From the NCBI GenBank assembly GCA_964016885.1, contig OZ024741.1, positions 9,982,001 to 10,046,000 of the forward strand: a DNA stretch of 64,000 nucleotides, read 5' to 3'. The notes beneath the pieces are model-generated. The model searched no databases, was not told the DNA's origin, and saw nothing but the letters and a program-made list of their open reading frames with translations. Position 1 is the stretch's first letter. Each line of letters begins with the position of its first letter. The position numbers and the translations under genes are program-made. Shown piece by piece: positions 54,321 through 64,000 of the stretch. This DNA is from Eledone cirrhosa. Taxonomy: Eukaryota.

Positions 54321-55342
54321 TATATATATATATATATATGCAGTATATATATATAAGGAAAGAGAGAGATAAATAAATAGATTTTTAAATGTATCCTCCG
54401 TCGTCTATTAGGATGAGTGTTCTAGTTGTTTAGTCAACTACATAGTCCTCCATTGTATTCTAGTGTATGTGACTACTTGTTCCACAGACGCGTGTATTCT
54501 TTACGCAATGCACTCATCGATTAGGTGTGATACAATCAAACCGTATTAGTCACAATCACCTACATAGAAAGTTTTCACATCTGATAGGTTTCTTCTCTTG
54601 AAATAATCGATAACAGATTGTTCTATTAAGGTGTTAAATTGAATGTAAGATTTCATAGCTCTAGCATCATTCCTTCATAGGCTGACAAAGATACTCTCAT
54701 GGAATGACCAAATGAAGTTCATTTTTTAACATAGTCCCTAGAAAGAAACAATGTAGTTATTAATAAGAAGAGTTGAAATTAATGTATGCAATATTTCACA
54801 GCTCTAGCATCACTCCTTCATTGACAGCATATAAACTTTCCAGCCGACACTCGTACAATTCAAAGAATTATAAAACAAAGTCGTTGTGAAATCTGTCAAT
54901 GTTGTTAGAATGACGATAATAAGTGTCAATGGCCCTGAAATATTGAGATATTTACGATTTGGAGATGTTACACCAGAGTATGGAATGGAAACATTCTTAA
55001 TTTTTGGCCAGGAAGAGAAAATCAAAGCTTAAGGTGATAGTTGTGGTGGTTGTTGTGATTAAAGCGCATATGAGCTAGCCAATGGAGAAAAATATAGAAA
55101 GGAAAGAAATAGTAAAGTAGAAGAGAATAAGGATTGTTTTCTAACGTGGAGACAAAGAAGGACACTGAGGTGTAGAAAAGGTAAGAAGGGAGATTAGAGG
55201 ACATTAGACAGGGCGGTGTGATGTCTATTATATGATACTTTAGAAAAAAGCTCACATAGTTAAGTCTTTACAATAAAAATGTTAAAGACATCATTTTTTT
55301 AGGTAGTGGTTTCAATTCCTTATTCATTTTTAGGGTTCTTGA

Positions 55343-55920
55343 TCGGCAGAATAGTTAGAGTGCCGGAAAAATTGTTTTGCTGCATTTAGTTGGAGCCCTT
55401 TACCTTCTGATTCCACCGGAGTTAACTTTGCGTTTCATCATTCTGAGATCGATAAATTTAATTATCAGTAATGTACTAGGGTGATATAATCGATTTTCCT
55501 CTCCCCAATAATTCTTGGCGTTTTGCATAAATTAGTCTTTATTTGCGGCCTTGACTTACGGCCTCTTACGTTCTGAGTTCAAATCCGGACGAGGTTAGCT
55601 TTGCCTTATAAATAAAGCATCAGTAATGCACTAGGGTTGATTTAATAGAGTTTCCCCTGCCCTTCAAACTGCTAGTCTTGTGCCTAAAGTAGCAACAATT
55701 ATGACAGGGAGAAGGGTGGTAAATTTCTTAGAATTGTTAGAGCTTTGTTGCATTTCTTCCGGCTCCTTATGTTCTGTGTTCAAATCCACTCGAAGTCAAC
55801 TTTTCCTTTCATCTTTCCGAGGTACAGAAAAAGTAGAAGTCAAGTAGTAAGGTCGATATAATTGACAATCAATCTTGCCTTTCCCTCAGAATTACTGACC
55901 TTTTGCCTAAAGTAGAAACT
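55343..55920 (+). mobile_element. Three tandem degenerate Nin/Deu-like tRNA SINEs
   Basis: TTCTGAGTTCAAATCC..GAGGTTAGCTTTGCCTT..AGTAATG.ACTAGGG..CCTAAAGTAG recurs and resembles 34551-34735. Confidence 0.65.
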
Positions 55921-55947
55921 TTCATACGAAAATAAGTTGGAGTAGAA

Positions 55948-58900
55948 TCTTTTCTTGTAGTGTTTGGAACACTAAATGGATGCAACAGTAGTGTCTTTTG
56001 TTGTAGTGTTTGGAACACTAAATGGATGCAACAGTAGTATCTTTTCTTGTAGTGTTTGGAACACTAAATGGATGCAACAGTAGTGTCTTTTGTTGTAGTG
56101 TTTGGAACACTAAATGGATGCAACAGTAGTGTCTTTTGTTGTAGTGTTTGGAACACTAAATGTATGCAACTGTAGTGTCTTTTGTTGTAGTGTTTGGAAC
56201 ACTAAATGGATGCAACAGTAATGTCTTTTCTTGTAGTGTTTGGAACACTAAATGTATGCAACTGTAGTGTCTTTTGTTGTAGTGTTTGGAACACTAAATG
56301 GATGCAACAGTAGTGTCTTTTGTTGTAGTGTTTGGAACACTAAATGGATGCAACAGTAGTGTCTTTTGTTGTAGTGTTTGGAACACTAAATGGATGCAAC
56401 AGTAGTGTCTTTTGTTGTAGTGTTTGGAACACTAAATGGATGCAACAGTAGTGTCTTTTGTTGTAGTGTTTGGAACACTAAATGTATGCAACTGTAGTGT
56501 CTTTTGTTGTAGTGTTTGGAACACTAAATGGATGCAACAGTAATGTCTTTTCTTGTAGTGTTTGGAACACTAAATGTATGCAACTGTAGTGTCTTTTGTT
56601 GTAGTGTTTGGAACACTAAATGGATGCAACAGTAGTGTCTTTTGTTGTAGTGTTTGGAACACTAAATGTATGCAACAGTAGTGTCTTTTGTTGTAGTGTT
56701 TGGAACACTAAATGGATGCAACAGTAGTGTCTTTTGTTGTAGTGTTTGGAACACTAAATGGATGCAACAGTAGTGTCTTTTGTTGTAGTGTTTGGAACAC
56801 TAAATGGATGCAACAGTAGTGTCTTTTGTTGTAGTGTTTGGAACACTAAATGGATGCAACAGTAGTGTCTTTTGTTGTAGTGTTTGGAACACTAAATGTA
56901 TGCAACTGTAGTGTCTTTTGTTGTAGTGTTTGGAACACTAAATGGATGCAACAGTAGTGTCTTTTGTTGTAGTGTTTGGAACACTAAATGGATGCAACAG
57001 TAGTGTCTTTTGTTGTAGTGTTTGGAACACTAAATGGATGCAACAGTAGTGTCTTTTGTTGTAGTGTTTGGAACACTAAATGGATGCAACAGTAGTGTCT
57101 TTTGTTGTAGTGTTTGGAACACTAAATGCATGCAACAGTAGTATCTTTTCTTGTAGTGTTTGGAACACTAAATGGATGCAACAGTAGTGTCTTTTGTTGT
57201 AGTGTTTGGAACACTAAATGGATGCAACAGTAGTGTCTTTTCTTGTAGTGTTTGGAACACTAAATGGATGCAACAGTAGTGTCTTTTGTTGTAGTGTTTG
57301 GAACACAAAATGGATGCAACAGTAGTGTCTTTTGTTGTAGTGTTTGGAACACTAAATGGATGCAACAGTAGTGTCTTTTGTTGTAGTGTTTGGAACACTA
57401 AATGGATGCAACAGTAGTGTCTTTTGTTGTAGTGTTTGGAACACTAAATGTATGCAACTGTAGTGTCTTTTGTTGTAGTGTTTGGAACACTAAATGGATG
57501 CAACAGTAGTGTCTTTTGTTGTAGTGTTTGGAACACTAAATGGATGCAACAGTAGTGTCTTTTGTTGTAGTGTTTGGAACACTAAATGGATGCAACAGTA
57601 GTGTCTTTTGTTGTAGTGTTTGGAACACTAAATGGATGCAACAGTAGTGTCTTTTGTTGTAGTGTTTGGAACACTAAATGCATGCAACAGTAGTATCTTT
57701 TCTTGTAGTGTTTGGAACACTAAATGGATGCAACAGTAGTGTCTTTTGTTGTAGTGTTTGGAACACTAAATGGATGCAACAGTAGTGTCTTTTGTTGTAG
57801 TGTTTGGAACACTAAATGCATGCAACAGTAGTATCTTTTCTTGTAGTGTTTGGAACACTAAATGGATGCAACAGTAGTGTCTTTTGTTGTAGTGTTTGGA
57901 ACACTAAATGGATGCAACAGTAGTGTCTTTTGTTGTAGTGTTTGGAACACTAAATGCATGCAACAGTAGTATCTTTTCTTGTAGTGTTTGGAACACTAAA
58001 TGGATGCAACAGTAGTGTCTTTTGTTGTAGTGTTTGGAACACTAAATGGATGCAACAGTAGTGTCTTTTGTTGTAGTGTTTGGAACACTAAATGGATGCA
58101 ACAGTAGTGTCTTTTGTTGTAGTGTTTGGAACACTAAATGGATGCAACAGTAGTGTCTTTTGTTGTAGTGTTTGGAACACTAAATGCATGCAACAGTAGT
58201 ATCTTTTCTTGTAGTGTTTGGAACACTAAATGGATGCAACAGTAGTGTCTTTTGTTGTAGTGTTTGGAACACTAAATGGATGCAACAGTAGTGTCTTTTG
58301 TTGTAGTGTTTGGAACACTAAATGCATGCAACAGTAGTATCTTTTCTTGTAGTGTTTGGAACACTAAATGGATGCAACAGTAGTGTCTTTTGTTGTAGTG
58401 TTTGGAACACTAAATGGATGCAACAGTAGTGTCTTTTCTTGTAGTGTTTGGAACACTAAATGGATGCAACAGTAGTGTCTTTTGTTGTAGTGTTTGGAAC
58501 ACTAAATGGATGCAACAGTAGTGTCTTTTGTTGTAGTGTTTGGAACACTAAATGGATGCAACAGTAGTGTCTTTTGTTGTAGTGTTTGGAACACTAAATG
58601 GATGCAACAGTAGTGTCTTTTGTTGTAGTGTTTGGAACACTAAATGTATGCAACTGTAGTGTCTTTTGTTGTAGTGTTTGGAACACTAAATGGATGCAAC
58701 AGTAGTGTCTTTTGTTGTAGTGTTTGGAACACTAAATGGATGCAACAGTAGTGTCTTTTGTTGTAGTGTTTGGAACACTAAATGGATGCAACAGTAGTGT
58801 CTTTTGTTGTAGTGTTTGGAACACTAAATGGATGCAACAGTAGTGTCTTTTGTTGTAGTGTTTGGAACACTAAATGGATGCAACAGTAGTGTCTTTTGTT

Positions 58901-61900
58901 GTAGTGTTTGGAACACTAAATGGATGCAACAGTAGTGTCTTTTCTTGTAGTGTTTGGAACACTAAATGGATGCAACAGTAGTGTCTTTTGTTGTAGTGTT
59001 TGGAACACTAAATGGATGCAACAGTAGTATCTTTTGTTGTAGTGTTTGGAACACTAAATGGATGCAACAGTAGTGTCTTTTGTTGTAGTGTTTGGAACAC
59101 TAAATGCATGCAACAGTAGTATCTTTTCTTGTAGTGTTTGGAACACTAAATGGATGCAACAGTAGTGTCTTTTGTTGTAGTGTTTGGAACACTAAATGGA
59201 TGCAACAGTAGTGTCTTTTCTTGTAGTGTTTGGAACACTAAATGGATGCAACAGTAGTGTCTTTTGTTGTAGTGTTTGGAACACTAAATGCATGCAACAG
59301 TAGTATCTTTTCTTGTAGTGTTTGGAACACTAAATGGATGCAACAGTAGTGTCTTTTGTTGTAGTGTTTGGAACACTAAATGGATGCAACAGTAGTGTCT
59401 TTTCTTGTAGTGTTTGGAACACTAAATGTATGCAACAGTAGTGTCTTTTGTTGTAGTGTTTGGAACACTAAATGGATGCAACAGTAGTGTCTTTTGTTGT
59501 AGTGTTTGGAACACTAAATGTATGCAACAGTAGTGTCTTTTCTTGTAGTGTTTGGAACACTAAATGGATGCAACAGTAGTGTCTTTTGTTGTAGTGTTTG
59601 GAACACTAAATGGATGCAACAGTAGTGTCTTTTGTTGTAGTGTTTGGAACACTAAATGTATGCAACAGTAGTGTCTTTTGTTGTAGTGTTTGGAACACTA
59701 AATGGATGCAACAGTAGTGTCTTTGTTTGTAGTGTTTGGAACACTAAATGGATGCAACAGTAGTGTCTTTTGTTGTAGTGTTTGGAACACTAAATGGATG
59801 CAACAGTAGTGTCTTTTGTTGTAGTGTTTGGAACACTAAATGGATGCAACAGTAGTGTCTTTTGTTGTAGTGTTTGGAACACTAAATGGATGCAACAGTA
59901 GTATCTTTTCTTGTAGCGTTGGGAACACTAAATGGATGCAACAGTAGTGTCTTTTGTTGTAGTGTTTGGAACACTAAATGGATGCAACAGTAGTGTCTTT
60001 TCTTGTAGTGTTTGGAACACTAAATGGATGCAACAGTAGTGTCTTTTCTTGTAGTGTTGGGAACACTAAATGTATGCAACAGTAGTATCTTTTCTTGTAG
60101 TGTTTGGAACACTAAATGGATGCAACAGTAGTGTCTTTTGTTGTAGTGTTTGGAACACTAAATGGATGCAACAGTAGTGTCTTTTGTTGTAGTGTTTGGA
60201 ACACTAAATGGATGCAACAGTAGTGTCTTTTGTTGTAGTGTTTGGAACACTAAATGGATGCAACAGTAGTGTCTTTTGTTGTAGTGTTTGGAACGCTAAA
60301 TGGATGCAACAGTAGTGTCTTTTCTTGTAGTGTTTGGAACACTAAATGGATGCAACAGTAGTCTTTTCTTGTAGTGTTTGGAACACTAAATGGATGCAAC
60401 AGTAGTGTCTTTTGTTGTAGTGTTTGGAACACTAGATGGATGCAACAGTAGTGTCTTTTGTTGTAGTGTTTGGAACACTAAATGGATGCAACAGTAGTGT
60501 CTTTTGTTGTAGTGTTTGGAACACTAAATGGATGCAACAGTAGTGTCTTTTGTTGTAGTGTTTGGAACACTAAATGGATGCAACAGTAGTGTCTTTTGTT
60601 GTAGTGTTTGGAACACTAAATGGATGCAACAGTAGTGTCTTTTGTTGTAGTGTTTGGAACACTAAATGGATGCAACAGTAGTGTCTTTTGTTGTAGTGTT
60701 TGGAACACTAAATGGATGCAACAGTAGTGTCTTTTGTTGTAGTGTTTGGAACACTAAATGGATGCAACAGTTATGTCTTTTGTTGTAGTGTTTGGAACAC
60801 TAAATGGATGCAACAGTAGTATCTTTTGTTGTAGTGTTTGGAACACTAAATGGATGCAACAGTAGTGTCTTTTGTTGTAGTGTTTGGAACACTAAATGGA
60901 TGCAACAGTTATGTCTTTTGTTGTAGTGTTTGGAACACTAAATGGATGCAACAGTAGTGTCTTTTGTTGTAGTGTTTGGAACACTAAATGGATGCAACAG
61001 TAGTGTCTTTTGTTGTAGTGTTTGGAACACTAAATGGATGCAACAGTAGTGTCTTTTGTTGTAGTGTTTGGAACACTAAATGGATGCAACAGTAGTCTTT
61101 TCTTGTAGTGTTTGGAACACTAAATGGATGCAACAGTAGTCTTTTCTTGTAGTGTTTGGAACACTAAATGGATGCAACAGTAGTGTCTTTTGTTGTAGTG
61201 TTTGGAACACTAAATGGATGCAACAGTAGTGTCTTTTCTTGTAGTGTTTGGAACACTAAATGTATGCAACAGTAGTGTCTTTTCTTGTAGTGTTTGGAAC
61301 ACTAAATGGATGCAACAGTAGTGTCTTTTGTTGTAGTGTTTGGAACACTAAATGTATGCAACAGTAGTCTTTTCTTGTAGTGTTTGGAACACTAAATGGA
61401 CGCAACAGTAGTGTCTTTTGTTGTAGTGTTTGGAACACTAAATGGATGCAACAGTAGTGTCTGTTGTTGTAGTGTTTGGAACACTAAATGTATGCAACAG
61501 TAGTGTCTTTTGTTGTAGTGTTTGGAACACTAAATGTATGCAACAGTAGTGTCTTTTGTTGTAGTGTTTGGAACACTAAATGGATGCAACAGTAGTGTCT
61601 TTTGTTGTAGTGTTTGGAACACTAAATGGATGCAACAGTAGTGTCTTTTCTTGTAGTGTTTGGAACACTAAATGTATGCAACAGTAGTCTTTTCTTGTAG
61701 TGTTTGGAACACTAAATGGACGCAACAGTAGTGTCTTTTGTTGTAGTGTTTGGAACACTAAATGGATGCAACAGTAGTGTCTGTTGTTGTAGTGTTTGGA
61801 ACACTAAATGTATGCAACAGTAGTGTCTTTTGTTGTAGTGTTTGGAACACTAAATGTATGCAACAGTAGTGTCTTTTGTTGTAGTGTTTGGAACACTAAA

Positions 61901-64000
61901 TGGATGCAACAGTAGTGTCTTTTGTTGTAGTGTTTGGAACACTAAATGGATGCAACAGTAGTGTCTTTTGTTGTAGTGTTTGGAACACTAAATGTATGCA
62001 ACAGTAGTCTTTTGTTGTAGTGTTTGGAACACTAAATGGACGCAACAGTAGTGTCTTTTGTTGTAGTGTTTGGAACACTAAATGGATGCAACAGTAGTGT
62101 CTGTTGTTGTAGTGTTTGGAACACTAAATGTATGCAACAGTAGTGTCTTTTGTTGTAGTGTTTGGAACACTAAATGTATGCAACAGTAGTGTCTTTTGTT
62201 GTAGTGTTTGGAACACTAAATGGATGCAACAGTAGTGTCTTTTGTTGTAGTGTTTGGAACACTAAATGGATGCAACAGTAGTGTCTTTTGTTGTAGTGTT
62301 TGGAACACTAAATGGATGCAACAGTAGTGTCTTTTGTTGTAGTGTTTGGAACACTAAATGGATGCAACAGTAGTGTCTTTTGTTGTAGTGTTTGGAACAC
62401 TAAATGGATGCAACAGTAGTGTCTTTTGTTGTAGTGTTTGGAACACTAAATGGATGCAACAGTAGTGTCTTTTGTTGTAGTGTTTGGAACACTAAATGTA
62501 TGCAACAGTAGTGTCTTTTGTTGTAGTGTTTGGAACACTAAATGGATGCAACAGTAGTGTCTTTTGTTGTAGTGTTTGGAACACTAAATGTATGCAACAG
62601 TAGTATCTTTTGTTGTAGTGTTTGGAACACTAAATGTATGCAACAGTAGTGTCTTTTGTTGTAGTGTTTGGAACACTAAATGGATGCAACAGTAGTATCT
62701 TTTGTTGTAGTGTTTGGAACACTAAATGTATGCAACAGTAGTGTCTTTTGTTGTAGTGTTTGGAACACTAAATGGATGCAACAGTAGTGTCTTTTGTTGT
62801 AGTGTTTGGAACACTAAATGTATGCAACAGTAGTGTCTTTTGTTGTAGTGTTTGGAACACTAAATGGATGCAACAGTAGTATCTTTTGTTGTAGTGTTTG
62901 GAACACTAAATGTATGCAACAGTAGTGTCTTTTGTTGTAGTGTTTGGAACACTAAATGGATGCAACAGTAGTATCTTTTGTTGTAGTGTTTGGAACACTA
63001 AATGTATGCAACAGTAGTGTCTTTTGTTGTAGTGTTTGGAACACTAAATGGATGCAACAGTATTGTCTTTTGTTGTAGTGTTTGGAACACTAAATGTATG
63101 CAACAGTAGTATCTTTTGTTGTAGTGTTTGGAACACTAAATGGATGCAACAGTAGTGTCTTTTGTTGTAGTGTTTGGAACACTAAATGGATGCAACAGTA
63201 GTGTCTTTTCTTTTAGTGTTTGGAACACTAAATGTATGCAACAGTAGTATCTTTTGTTGTAGTGCTTGGAACACTAAATGTATGCAACAGTAGTATCTTT
63301 TGTTGTAGTGTTTGGAACACTAAATGGATGCAACAGTAGTGTCTTTTCTTTTAGTGTTTGGAACACTAAATGTATGCAACAGTAGTATCTTTTGTTGTAG
63401 TGTTTGGAACACTAAATGGATGCAACAGTAGTGTCTTTTGTTGTAGTGTTTGGAACACTAAATGGATGCAACAGTAGTGTCTTTTCTTGTAGTGTTTGGA
63501 ACACTAAATGTATGCAACAGTAGTATCTTTTCTTGTAGTGTTTGGAACACTAAATGTATGCAACAGTAGTGTCTTTTGTTGTAGTGTTTGGAACACTAAA
63601 TGGATGCAACAGTAGTGTCTTTTGTTGTAGTGTTTGGAACACTAAATGGATGCAACAGTAGTGTCTTTTCTTGTAGTGTTTGGAACACTAAATGGATGCA
63701 ACAGTAGTGTCTTTTCTTGTAGTGTTTGGAACACTAAATGGATGCAACAGTAGTGTCTTTTCTTGTAGTGTTTGGAACACTAAATGGATGCAACAGTAGT
63801 ATCTTTTCTTGTAGTGTTTGGAACACTAAATGTATGCAACAGTAGTATCTTTTGTTGTAGTGTTTGGAACACTAAATGGATGCAACAGTAGTGTCTTTTG
63901 TTGTAGTGTTTGGAACACTAAATAGATGCAACAGCAGTATCTATTCTTGTGTTTGGAACACTAAATGGATTCAACAGTAGTATCTTTTGTTGTAGTGTTT
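55948..64000. repeat. 46-bp satellite (TTGTAGTGTTTGGAACACTAAATGGATGCAACAGTAGTGTCTTTTG), ~175 units, reaching the right edge
   Basis: Directly visible, with an internal palindrome TAGTGTT-TGG-AACACTA. Confidence 0.97.

Noticed and set aside
57168-62078. Short minus-strand ORFs in the satellite
   Set aside because: They are products of satellite variants that remove stop codons.
55948-64000. CRISPR array
   Set aside because: The repeats are palindromic but head-to-tail with no unique spacers. There are no cas genes and the context is eukaryotic.

Overview
Eukaryotic, gene-poor, repeat-saturated DNA. The (TA)n/(CA)n/(ATGT)n density and SINE types suggest a mollusc, probably Octopus (inference). 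A 12.5 kb 33-bp ACC/ACT minisatellite on the left and an 8 kb 46-bp hairpin satellite on the right enclose about 43 kb of nested retroelements. These include seven Penelope-like element (PLE) copies or fragments: three Naiad-like (one near full length), two Neptune-like and two unassigned. Also present are two RTE-clade LINEs (one with three C2H2 fingers), three R4/Dong-type RLE LINEs in (ATGT)n tracts, a repeated RTE-derived bipartite non-autonomous element, and tRNA-derived SINEs. The most notable signal is at least 14 type I hammerhead ribozyme folds from six sequence families, plus one degenerate seventh. They sit in PLE pseudo-LTRs, ORF-less retrozyme-like units and fold-back palindromes, and one family has a roughly 105-nt stem II. 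No host gene is supported. All calls were made by eye, without searches.
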